The notes: generated from the letters alone by a model not told the origin. A DNA stretch of 51,952 nt from Clostridiales bacterium UBA4821 (GCA_002402315.1 DHFP01000147.1:1-51952); one strand, 5' to 3'; shown: positions 9,052 through 18,818, numbered from the stretch's first letter. Program-made: numbers and translations.

Positions 9052-9386
9052 AAGAAAACCCCTTTGGGGTCTTCCTATAACCTTTCCCCGTATCCTTGAG
9101 TTCTTCTAAAGTAGTTTCTAGGAAAAACCTCTTCGGTTTTTTCTAGAAGCTACTTTGAAGAAATACTACATATCCCGTTATTCCGCGCATTAGAGATTCT
9201 TATATTTTATGGAAGCACGGAGAGGTAAAATCACCAGGACGGTGATTTTAGGCATTATCTGGCATGGAGGCCAGTTAATGCCGACCTTGGAGTGATGGAA
9301 TAAAATATTAGAATCTCTTTGCAAAGAATTCAGGGATTAAGCAGAGAGGATTCCAAAAGGAGTACGAAGGGTGCTCCTTTTGAAAA
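9052..9386 (+). other. Multi-hairpin structured intergenic element (candidate ncRNA or miniature repeat)
   Basis: Hairpins at 9101-9162 and 9351-9384, and a nested structure at 9172-9337 with GGA-containing loops. Confidence 0.55.
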
Positions 9387-9457
9387 CTGCTTTAGAAATA
9401 GCTTGATAAAAAAATTACATTAAAAAGTAAGAGAATAAATAAACTTAACTATTTATT

Positions 9458-9589
9458 TTAAGATCTAATCATGGTCAAAACCATCTTAAACTTATTTACT
9501 GCTTGTGAAGAATGAGGTTCATTCGCAGGCATTATAATCATCTCGCCCTGGTTAACCCTGTGAGATTTGCCGGAAATACTAATCTCAGA
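9458..9589 (-). pseudogene. 3' fragment of a cupin-domain gene
   Basis: Manual translation SEISISGKSHRVNQGEMIIMPANEPHSSQAVNKFKMVLTMIRS* contains cupin motif 2 (G-x5-P-x3-H); no 5' half or RBS. Confidence 0.7.
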
Positions 9590-9590
9590 C

Positions 9591-9626
9591 AAAAATAAAT
9601 CCGGCCATATGGCCGGATTTATTTTT
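9591..9626. terminator. Bidirectional terminator after the giant surface protein gene
   Basis: Perfect palindrome AAAAATAAATCCGGCCATATGGCCGGATTTATTTTT. Confidence 0.85.
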
Positions 9627-9629
9627 AAC

Positions 9630-12600
9630 TTATATCTCGTTGCTAACTTTTAGTAGTTGTATTAGCATCTTTGCTGCCTGATCCCTTTGTGCGCTTTCTT
9701 TCGGAGCAAATGTGGTCTCAGTCATTCCATTTATTATTCCATTTGCCTGAGCGGCAAGCACAGCATCTTTGGCCCATCCACTCACCTCACCGGCGTCAGT
9801 AAAGTTTGCATTTGATTTTTGGGCTTCGTCTGCTATATCCTTCTTGGTCTGGTATTGGTATGCCCTCATTATCATTACCGCCATTTCTTGCCTTGAGATG
9901 GCAGCATCCGGGTAAAATTTGCCATGGCCTAATCCCTGTACCAATCCGGCTTTAGCAGCCGCTTCAATCCATTCTGCATGCCAAGCGCCCTCAGCGACAT
10001 CACTAAATGTTCCTGCATAATTGCCTTTTTCAATATCCAAGGCTCTTACTATAAATGCCGCGAATTGAGCTCTTGTGACTGTTCCACGAGGCGCGAAGTT
10101 ATTTTCATCCATACCAGTTGTAATATGCTTGGCTGCCAGGAGTTCAATATAGTCTTTAGCCCAGTGTCCCGCAGGTACATCATCAAACGTTTTTGTGTAT
10201 TCCATAATTGCATACTTGCTGAAGTGTGTTGTGTTAAATACCAACTTCTTGTTGCTCTTGTCTATTTTACTTCTTACGTAATCCCATTTTCCAGTTTGTT
10301 CATTCAGTGTATATACTCCAAGTTTGTCCAGATTGCTAATACCTTGAACATCTGTATCCGAGTACTTCATTTCTACAGATATTTTGCTTCCGAAGCCGGC
10401 AATCTGGTCTCTTGTTTGTTCTACATTCCCATCTTTTACTATTGCGGCAGCTTCAAATTCATATGCTTTACCGATTAGTTTTATTTCTGCAGCCTGTAAA
10501 GTTACTTCATCCAGTTTTTTGAACGATATCTCCGCATATGCCACTTTTCCTTCTGTCTTGGCAAGCTCAGATGCCTTGGATAGCTCATTCACCTGTAATG
10601 TTCCTGCAGGTATTACAAATCTTACGTCCTTACCTTCCAGAATTACGCTTACTGATTTCTCTACAGCCTTGCTTACCACACTGTCAGGCAGTGCTACTTT
10701 TATTTCCTTATCAGCTGAAACGCCGGTTGTTGAAATAATAATCTCCTTCTTCAACTGCCCTGCTTCAGCTGCCATGTTGCTTGCTTTCATTGCTGTTTCA
10801 AGGTCGCCAACCACTTTTGCTATATTTTCAATTGTTGCTGCTAATTCTTCAGCTTTTGGCTGAATGGTAGCTGATGCAGCTTCTTCAACAACCTCAATCT
10901 TGGTCGAATCAACGGTTGAAGCATTCTGTATAATCTTTGCTGCAGTTTCAACTATTGCAGTTCTTAATGCTGTGTCTGTAATCAAGTCCTTATTGTCATT
11001 GATTAGGCCTACCAAATCCTGTGATGCTTTTGCCGGGTCTGTCGCTGGATTAATATCGCCTATCAATTTTGTTACATCTTCAGCCGTAGTCTGAGTCTGT
11101 TCAGGTTGTACGCTTCCTCCAGTTGGTGCACCTCCAACGCTTTCACTGTTTGTTGTAATACCAACTGCGGATGACAGAGCTGATTCACCGCCGGCATTTA
11201 TAGCTGATGCCTTGTAGTAATAAGTTGTTGCCGCTGTTAATCCTGTTTCTGCATATGAAGTATTTGAACCTGAGTATACTTCATTATAATTTCCGTCTAT
11301 GGCTGATGACTTATACAGTTTATACCCTGCGGCACCTGAAACTGCATTCCAGGTCATTGTTATTGATGTAGATGTCTTACTGCTTACTGCCAATCCGGTA
11401 GGTGTAGACGATGCAGCCACTGCGGTTCCTGCAGTTGCATAACTTGATGCCCCAGATTCACCGGTACCGTTCACTGCAGATACCTTGTAGTAATAAGCTG
11501 TTCCGGCTATTAACCCGGTATCTGAGTATGAGGTTGTTGAAACTGTTGATGTATTGATCTTGGTATATGTTCCATCTGATGCAGCTGACCTGTATATGTT
11601 ATAGCTTGCTGCTCCTGTTACACTTATCCATGTAAGGTCTATTCCGCTTGTACTTACTGTCGAAGCACTTAATCCAGTCGGTGAAGCAGGAGCTGCTTCT
11701 CCGGTCGGTACCAACGGAGCGAATGTGGTCAAGTGGTCAACCTTTCCTTTGAGTACGTGGTTTGCAGTATCATTGGTGGATGCTATGAATACCCAGTTGT
11801 TTGCCGTGTCATCCCAGTATCCTAGCTGCAGGTTGGCAACCTCAGTACCGTCAATTAGTTTTGTATTGTCTGCAGAATCAAGCTGTGAGCTGTAGTCTAG
11901 TTCTATATCAATATAGTCGTTCAGTTTAGTTATTGCATTTCCTGAACTGTCTGAAGCCTTAATTTCTTTACCTATGCTGCCTGCAGGCTTAGCCAGATTT
12001 GTAGATGGCACGCCGGTTGTTTCTTTTGTGGTTATCTGTCCTGAATCGGTTGAACTTCCCAGCGCATTAGCCGGTACTGTTACCTTTACCCCTGTATTCT
12101 TGTTGTCGATTACTCCACCGGTTGCCGGTGTTACGGCCTTAACTTCCGGCGGCTTAACAGTGTATTCTATACCGGCAATTTTAATCTTTGTCATGAGTAT
12201 GTTCTTACCGGTTATATTTTGAGGTTCTGTTACAGTTATCTTCTGCTTGTTAACTGCTATTGTCTCATAACCATCACCAGCTGCGGAAATCAGCCATGTT
12301 GTGCTCACATCCGGAAGGTTCAGGTAATAGATTCCGTCTGAATATACTTCTCCACGGACCCATCTGCCTTCATCGCTTGTTGCCCATACAACCAAGTTAC
12401 TTCCAACCTCGTTTCCGGATACGATGCTGTCTTTAAATACGGTTCCGGTTACTATGCTTCCGCTTACGGAGTCAAGATTGAGGTTCTGTGTCGTATTTCC
12501 GCTTACTGTTACAGCAGCAGGCGGTCTTGATGTATAGTTTGGATGGTCTGCGGTTAGTATATATGTTCCGTCAGGTACTTTGAAGTCGAAGTTTCCGCTT

Positions 12601-15600
12601 GCGTCTGTCTTTTTGTACGCACCGAACGCGCTGTTCTTCTTGGTAATGGATACCCATGCATTACTTACGGGAGTTCCGCTGCCGGATACCGTTACCGTAC
12701 CGCTTAATGTTCTTAATGCAGCCGGCATGCTTACATTAACCGTAGCTGTTGGCGTGCCTGTTGTCAGTGAAGCTGTCTTGCCGCTGAATTCAGTTATTGT
12801 ATTGGAGTCACCTACACCTGGCACATAAATCTTGAGGTTATAGGTTGTTCCCGTATTTTCAACCGGTACATTGACAACTACACTTGCCGTACCGGCATCA
12901 TTAAGTTTCACGACACCGCCGTTCTGGTATTTGCCATCAGCGCTCTTTGTATGTACGAATGCTTCAAATCCTGCCTGCTGTGCGCCAAAATTGACTGTTA
13001 TTGTTCCCTTTGCAGGCAGTGCAAAGTTTTTGGCTGCTGTAGCTGCTGTTATGGTTATATCAGCTTCATCTCCTAATGGTACTTCACCTATCTCAGGTGT
13101 CCATAAGTGTAATTTGTAATTTCCTGTTTTAAGTTTTAATGTATACTCACCAATAGCATTTGTTGCGGTTCTGTTGCCAAACGCCGCATCGGCTCCAAGT
13201 CCTTCTGCCCATATTCCTGCATTGACTACAGGCTGGCCTCCCATGGTAACAGTACCTTTTACTGTACCCATGGTATTGGTTTCAACAGTAATTATTTCAC
13301 CGCTTTTGTTTGATGCTCCTACAGCCACTACCTTTTTGGGCAGTTCGCCATAGTTTGGAGCATATCCGGCCAGTATCCAGTAGCTGTTTGGCTTGACAAA
13401 CAGGGTGAAGTTTCCGCTGGCATCGGTTATTGCGTTTGCAAATCCAGGTACCGGTTTCGCAGTCAAACTATTGGCATCAACCCTGTAAGCAATCACTGAT
13501 GCTTGCGCTATCGGCCTTCCGTCCGAATCCTTCACGGTGCCGGAGATTGTAGCATCCAGAGCTTCATACTTGAAGTTTACTGCTATAGTTTCGTTTGAAG
13601 CTATAGCTACCTTTCTATCGGGCAGCCACGGCATACCTGAAACATGAGTACCTACGGCATATTCGCCCGCTTTAACCTTTAATGTATACTGTCCTGAAGC
13701 ATTTGTAACCGCCTTTGAACCCATGGTGGTTCCTGAAGGACTGTAGGCAAATACTTCTGCATTCGGTATTGCATTGTCATTTCCGTCTTTTACAGTACCG
13801 ATAATGGTTGCATTCGGTACATCAATTGTAATGTTTACTGTAGAATTGGTATTTTGTATGTCCAACCTGGTAGGCATTGGAGGCATCCAATCCATCTGGA
13901 CCGGTCCGGTAAAGCCGCCCTTCGGCATGGCTGGACCTACACCAACCATGTAAATTCCTTTTTGTAGCTTCAAAGCTGTAGTTCCAGCGCCGCTGCCATC
14001 AAGAGTTATTGTCTGAACTGCAAATGATGCCGGGTTTCCCGCAAATACATCTATTTGCCTGCCTGCCATTGATGCTCCCGATGTTACATTTATAGTGAGA
14101 TTATTATAACTTGCGCCTGCTTCTAACTTTATTATATTGCTTTCTGCAGGAATCTGGGTATAAGTTATTTCTTCTCCAATTCTTGCAGTAATATCTATAA
14201 AGTATTGTCTGGGCATTGTTATACCTACATAGCTGCCACCATCCGGTGAAGGCTCGGTTGTCAGGAAATAACCTCCCGGTACCAATCCTGTAAAGCTGAA
14301 CTTACCTGTGTTATCCGTAAGAGCCTCTTTTCTTCCGCCAGGCCCGTCAAGGTAAACCTTTACATTTGCAATAACAGCTTCAGAATTGTTTTTAACGTAC
14401 CCGGCTATTGAACCTGATGCTGCCTTTGCCATCGGGAACATCATTGAGTTCATCGGACCTTCTTTTGCAGTACCTGCAGATGATTTGGTTGTAACCACGC
14501 AGTAGTAACCATCCTTAGGAGCTCCTGTAGCTGCATCGAATTGCATTTGCTTTTCAGGTCCGTTTATGATTCCTTTTAACTCAAATTGTATAAAGTCGGA
14601 AGCTTGATCTGCCGTGTAAACATTCATTGTTACTGTTACGGTTCTTGAAATAGACTCTGCCGAAACCGACCTTATGGTTACGGTGCCCTCACCAGATCCG
14701 TTTATATCTTTGTTGATCGGAGAACCGCTGTCCAGTGACGCTGAAGCCACATTAAATCCGGCCGGGAATACAATCTCAATCTTATCACCCGGTGCCAGTC
14801 TTTGCTGCACAGGCATTCTTACAAAATAGTGGGATTCTGACTGCGCAGATGGATTAGTAGGCATAACCTCAACAGGAGTAAATGCCTTCTGGGTATTTGT
14901 CATATCTCCCGCACCCATCTCGAATCCCTTGACGGTAATGTTTACATTATATGTATTCATCACCGCACCTGCAGTACTATGGATACCACTGACAGTTCCT
15001 GTAACGGTATCACCTACGGCAAGGTCATATCCTACAAGTTTCACCATATTCATCATTGGGTCATACTTTGCTATTATAGTATTCCCCTGAGGTACGGGTC
15101 TGGTTGTGGTAATACTGTAATTAGCCGTATTTTCAGCCTCATTCTGTATCACAGGCTTATTAAACTGGAATACTATTGCTCCATCAGTTGGAGACGGCCT
15201 TACCTCAACCCTTAATATCCCCGGCGCAGAAGTATCCCTCTGACTGGTCGTAAATGTAACTTCGTATTTGTTTGACAAGCCTGCCTGGGACTTACCATCA
15301 GTCGATTGGATTGTGCCGGGTTCAATTGTCAATCTGTAAGTTGAATTAGCTTGAAGCGCTGCTGCTGTCGGTTTGAACAATATTACGTTCTTCTCCATTG
15401 TCGGTTCAGGAGACCCCGGAGGTGCAGGCGGATTCATTGCCGTACCCGCAACAAGCTCGCCCGTAGGATTACCGGTTTCATCCAGTTTTCTAATTTGTAT
15501 TGCATTTCCTACACCAGCTCTATTTATTTCATCAATTACAATATCCCGGGTAAATCCGACACCTATAAACATTATGTCGGGTGATACAGTACCCATTTTT

Positions 15601-18272
15601 TCAACGTTCGACCCCATTGCCATAAACGGAATATCCGTTCCCGGCGGCGGAGCAATAGCCATATTGGGCATTACGTTAAGCGCATTTTTAATTGCCAGAG
15701 ATGGATTTGTTACCACAATCTGTCTCGGCCCTATGGATGCAGTTTCTTTTACGCTCATCATTATCTGGTAATGCTTTGTAGCTCCGCCTATGTTGCCCGG
15801 CTCTTCAATTATCTTCCGGGTAGTGTTGTCCAGAATAAAGCTCGGATCATTTACCCAATTTCCGGTATCTTTGTCATATACATTAACAGCAACCGTAGAG
15901 TCTGCAGTCAAATCAGCAGCCCAGATATCAAGCGGTATATTGAATGATCCCTGCATAACCATTTCAGGCCCTACTCCGGGCTTCATATGCTGACCTTTAC
16001 CTACAAAAGTAAAATTATCACCTTCTATTCTTAATATATCCATACCAAAGCCCTTTGCATATTTGAGTTCCGGCCTTACTGAAAAAGGCAGGATAATATG
16101 CCCGGATCCGTCTATGGTAAATCCGCTCGTTATATCAGGTAAGGGATATGGACCTACAAATACCACTAGCTTTAACTTTGAAGCATCAACAGTACCCAGA
16201 GGGTTCCCATTCGGGTCTATATCTATATTCTCACCTGCTATATTAATAATCACTGGTACCATAACCCTGAATTTATTATCTATCTCAACTACTGATGAAC
16301 CAGTTGTTACTTTTACTTTTCTGAATCCTTTGACGGCATCATTTGGAACTGTCATCATGGTCTGAATATGCGCAACCCCAATCGGCATATATGGATCATT
16401 CACTACCGTTACATGACTTGATCCCGCAGCCATATTGCCGTTTAAGCCTAAAAGGATTTTATTGTCAGCTACCCAGCTGCCTTCGGAATATACAAATATT
16501 TGTACGGTTGATGTGCTGTCGAACCCGGATCCGAATATATCGAAAGGTATGTTAACAGACCCAGGCATTGCTGCCTCAGGACCTACCCCATATTCCGGCC
16601 CCTTAAATTCTCCTCCGTCACCGTAAAATCCCCTGCTTACCAGAGCGTAGGACGAACCTGCATCCGGTTTTTTGTATATTTCTACCATGAAAAACTGCAA
16701 ATCAAAGTTGTCGGGAACTCCGAAAACCAAATTAGTTCCGGAAAATGCAAGGTTATATACACTGTTGTATACACTTTCCTGTACTACTTTGCCCTTGTCC
16801 ATAATAACTGCCTTTAGAAGTGTATTATCAGAACCAAAGTTATTTCCGTTTGATACTATCTGTATTTTTTGTGATGTACCCTCAAAAGACTTATCAATAC
16901 CAACTGGTGGTACAACCTTGAACGGATATGAATCCTGTCCTCCAAAAGGCACCCCCTCGCGTAAAAGCTTAATAGTATATGAGCCTGCCGGAATTCCTTC
17001 TGGAGGTATATTTACTATCCTAGCATTAAGACATTTATTCCAATCATCATAAAAAAGTTTATCTAAATCAGCTATCTTTTGAACATAATTATTATAAACC
17101 GCTCCTGTTACAAGCGTATAATCAACCATATCAAGATTATACCCTTTTATTGGTACATTCCAATCTCCTGCTACAACATTCTGTACCTCCGTAACAGCAG
17201 TAGTTTTTACAGTAAGTGCTTTCGAATAGGTAATACTTCCGTTTACAATAACATCATAAAGTATTCCATCTATACTCCCAGTTGTATCTGGAGCTGCATA
17301 CACATCGAATACAACCGTATGAGAATCTTCTTTTAGCCACAAATTATCCTTGATACCAATCTTAGGACTGCTGAATGCTATTGAAGTTATAGTGGCCGGA
17401 AACTCCTGCCCCACGGCAATCAGTTCAGTCTCTATTACGATACCAGGCTCCAGATCATCTACAACCGCAACACCCTGTACACCAAACTTGCTTGCTGCAA
17501 ACAATTCCGGATGTCCGTCCAGCGTAGGCTTCATTATAGCTATTCCATATTTGCCCGGCTTAAGGTTATTAGGCAATTTAGCCCATACCATATCATCATC
17601 CGGACTGGAAGTGTTTATGTAAACTCCTCCATGTTCGGCATCTAATTCCATTCCCTCTCTGTCTTCAATATTTCCCATACCAATCATCAGATTTGGAATT
17701 GATGCCGCTCCAGGTAACGGAATGCTGATCTCCTGGCCTGCAGCACCGCTGCTTAGAATTGCGCCCGGGATAAGATTATTGCCGCCGGCATCAAGAGGAG
17801 CAATATTAGGTACTACCTTGAACGGCACCGGCCCATCCGGGGTCATATTATATGTACCAACCAAAGTTTGCGTCTGGAGAGACAATTTGTATACGGCATC
17901 TCCAGCCGTCGGCCCTGCAAATGGCTGTGCAAGTTCTATGATTATGCCCATATCCCCATCTCTGTAAACAGCATCACTGACTACAGGAATAGGTTCTCCT
18001 GACGAAGTTTGTCCATCAGGGTAATACATAATCTGACCACTGATGCTTCCCTCATAAAAATTACAACTGGACATTTCCACAAATACTTCATTCTCACCTT
18101 CAACCACATTTTCTACTGCCGCCACTACCGCCGGTTGTTGATCCGGCGAAGGCTCAGTTGCATGGCTTGTCCCTGCAGGAATGGTTATCCCTGCAAACAT
18201 AGAGATAAAGAAAGTGAGCAGCAAGACATAATCTACCGCTTTAAACCAAATCTTCTTTGACTTAAGCCTCAT
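9630..18272 (-). CDS. Giant (2880 aa) S-layer-homology-anchored surface protein with Ig-like, carboxypeptidase-regulatory-like (prealbumin-fold) and FN3 repeats
   Basis: Signal peptide; repeated GTVKD..G..I..A.V.A...TDASG.Y/F modules; two FN3 (PTGL...W...YNIYRS...YYYKVSA); three C-terminal SLH (FDDV..HWA, VTRAQF, ISRQEM). Confidence 0.88.
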   Translation of the reverse strand: MRLKSKKIWFKAVDYVLLLTFFISMFAGITIPAGTSHATEPSPDQQPAVVAAVENVVEGENEVFVEMSSCNFYEGSISGQIMYYPDGQTSSGEPIPVVSDAVYRDGDMGIIIELAQPFAGPTAGDAVYKLSLQTQTLVGTYNMTPDGPVPFKVVPNIAPLDAGGNNLIPGAILSSGAAGQEISIPLPGAASIPNLMIGMGNIEDREGMELDAEHGGVYINTSSPDDDMVWAKLPNNLKPGKYGIAIMKPTLDGHPELFAASKFGVQGVAVVDDLEPGIVIETELIAVGQEFPATITSIAFSSPKIGIKDNLWLKEDSHTVVFDVYAAPDTTGSIDGILYDVIVNGSITYSKALTVKTTAVTEVQNVVAGDWNVPIKGYNLDMVDYTLVTGAVYNNYVQKIADLDKLFYDDWNKCLNARIVNIPPEGIPAGSYTIKLLREGVPFGGQDSYPFKVVPPVGIDKSFEGTSQKIQIVSNGNNFGSDNTLLKAVIMDKGKVVQESVYNSVYNLAFSGTNLVFGVPDNFDLQFFMVEIYKKPDAGSSYALVSRGFYGDGGEFKGPEYGVGPEAAMPGSVNIPFDIFGSGFDSTSTVQIFVYSEGSWVADNKILLGLNGNMAAGSSHVTVVNDPYMPIGVAHIQTMMTVPNDAVKGFRKVKVTTGSSVVEIDNKFRVMVPVIINIAGENIDIDPNGNPLGTVDASKLKLVVFVGPYPLPDITSGFTIDGSGHIILPFSVRPELKYAKGFGMDILRIEGDNFTFVGKGQHMKPGVGPEMVMQGSFNIPLDIWAADLTADSTVAVNVYDKDTGNWVNDPSFILDNTTRKIIEEPGNIGGATKHYQIMMSVKETASIGPRQIVVTNPSLAIKNALNVMPNMAIAPPPGTDIPFMAMGSNVEKMGTVSPDIMFIGVGFTRDIVIDEINRAGVGNAIQIRKLDETGNPTGELVAGTAMNPPAPPGSPEPTMEKNVILFKPTAAALQANSTYRLTIEPGTIQSTDGKSQAGLSNKYEVTFTTSQRDTSAPGILRVEVRPSPTDGAIVFQFNKPVIQNEAENTANYSITTTRPVPQGNTIIAKYDPMMNMVKLVGYDLAVGDTVTGTVSGIHSTAGAVMNTYNVNITVKGFEMGAGDMTNTQKAFTPVEVMPTNPSAQSESHYFVRMPVQQRLAPGDKIEIVFPAGFNVASASLDSGSPINKDINGSGEGTVTIRSVSAESISRTVTVTMNVYTADQASDFIQFELKGIINGPEKQMQFDAATGAPKDGYYCVVTTKSSAGTAKEGPMNSMMFPMAKAASGSIAGYVKNNSEAVIANVKVYLDGPGGRKEALTDNTGKFSFTGLVPGGYFLTTEPSPDGGSYVGITMPRQYFIDITARIGEEITYTQIPAESNIIKLEAGASYNNLTINVTSGASMAGRQIDVFAGNPASFAVQTITLDGSGAGTTALKLQKGIYMVGVGPAMPKGGFTGPVQMDWMPPMPTRLDIQNTNSTVNITIDVPNATIIGTVKDGNDNAIPNAEVFAYSPSGTTMGSKAVTNASGQYTLKVKAGEYAVGTHVSGMPWLPDRKVAIASNETIAVNFKYEALDATISGTVKDSDGRPIAQASVIAYRVDANSLTAKPVPGFANAITDASGNFTLFVKPNSYWILAGYAPNYGELPKKVVAVGASNKSGEIITVETNTMGTVKGTVTMGGQPVVNAGIWAEGLGADAAFGNRTATNAIGEYTLKLKTGNYKLHLWTPEIGEVPLGDEADITITAATAAKNFALPAKGTITVNFGAQQAGFEAFVHTKSADGKYQNGGVVKLNDAGTASVVVNVPVENTGTTYNLKIYVPGVGDSNTITEFSGKTASLTTGTPTATVNVSMPAALRTLSGTVTVSGSGTPVSNAWVSITKKNSAFGAYKKTDASGNFDFKVPDGTYILTADHPNYTSRPPAAVTVSGNTTQNLNLDSVSGSIVTGTVFKDSIVSGNEVGSNLVVWATSDEGRWVRGEVYSDGIYYLNLPDVSTTWLISAAGDGYETIAVNKQKITVTEPQNITGKNILMTKIKIAGIEYTVKPPEVKAVTPATGGVIDNKNTGVKVTVPANALGSSTDSGQITTKETTGVPSTNLAKPAGSIGKEIKASDSSGNAITKLNDYIDIELDYSSQLDSADNTKLIDGTEVANLQLGYWDDTANNWVFIASTNDTANHVLKGKVDHLTTFAPLVPTGEAAPASPTGLSASTVSTSGIDLTWISVTGAASYNIYRSAASDGTYTKINTSTVSTTSYSDTGLIAGTAYYYKVSAVNGTGESGASSYATAGTAVAASSTPTGLAVSSKTSTSITMTWNAVSGAAGYKLYKSSAIDGNYNEVYSGSNTSYAETGLTAATTYYYKASAINAGGESALSSAVGITTNSESVGGAPTGGSVQPEQTQTTAEDVTKLIGDINPATDPAKASQDLVGLINDNKDLITDTALRTAIVETAAKIIQNASTVDSTKIEVVEEAASATIQPKAEELAATIENIAKVVGDLETAMKASNMAAEAGQLKKEIIISTTGVSADKEIKVALPDSVVSKAVEKSVSVILEGKDVRFVIPAGTLQVNELSKASELAKTEGKVAYAEISFKKLDEVTLQAAEIKLIGKAYEFEAAAIVKDGNVEQTRDQIAGFGSKISVEMKYSDTDVQGISNLDKLGVYTLNEQTGKWDYVRSKIDKSNKKLVFNTTHFSKYAIMEYTKTFDDVPAGHWAKDYIELLAAKHITTGMDENNFAPRGTVTRAQFAAFIVRALDIEKGNYAGTFSDVAEGAWHAEWIEAAAKAGLVQGLGHGKFYPDAAISRQEMAVMIMRAYQYQTKKDIADEAQKSNANFTDAGEVSGWAKDAVLAAQANGIINGMTETTFAPKESAQRDQAAKMLIQLLKVSNEI

Positions 18273-18570
18273 TCAAAATCCCCCTTGTTTTTTGTTTTTC
18301 TTACTTTTAAGTACATTTTATTATTTATATAATAGTGTTAAGGAAAATAAAATACAGTCTTACTAAAACTCTATAACGACACTTAAATGTATAAATGGTT
18401 AACTGTACTTAAACGTATTTGTCCGGTAACGAATTAGATAGTAATGATTTAGAACATTTAACAGACATGATCTTATTTTTAACACTGTAATGCTTTAATT
18501 TTACTAAAATTAAGTTTATGTTTCAATGGTTTTATAAATATAATTCAAAGTGAAAAATTTACAGTAATAA

Positions 18571-18750
18571 TTATGATTTGCGCTTAAAGCTCTGACATGG
18601 CTTGCCCGTAGCTTCATGAACAGTAAATGAAGGCATTCTATTGGACTTAAAGCCAAAAAGCCTGCACCCTCTCGGGAAATTCTTATCCCATGTAATAAAA
18701 AAATAAATGCACTTGTTGCAATCTATAACTGGTCTTCCCACTTCCTTCAT
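18571..18750 (-). CDS. Small 4-Cys protein (59 aa), absent from the ORF track
   Basis: MKEVGRPVIDCNKCIYFFITWDKNFPRGCRLFGFKSNRMPSFTVHEATGKPCQSFKRKS; AAAGGA RBS; CxxC-x14-C-x22-C. Confidence 0.75.
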   Translation of the reverse strand: MKEVGRPVIDCNKCIYFFITWDKNFPRGCRLFGFKSNRMPSFTVHEATGKPCQSFKRKS

Positions 18751-18818
18751 ATCTGAACCAGATCCTTTTCTTTCTATTTATTACAGTTCTGCATTCTGAA
18801 AGATGTATGTAGTATATT

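Noticed and set aside
9052-9386. CRISPR array or known riboswitch
   Set aside because: No direct repeats with spacers and no cas genes; no riboswitch consensus recognised, and the GGA loops are on the strand opposite rlmD
9978-18260. Many plus-strand ORFs opposite the giant gene (and similar ones opposite feoB, smc, cax and thiI)
   Set aside because: Antisense shadow ORFs with no RBS or recognisable motifs
18370-18405. ECF-sigma-like AAC...CGT promoter upstream of the giant gene
   Set aside because: Spacing is longer than typical and the motif is too short to support
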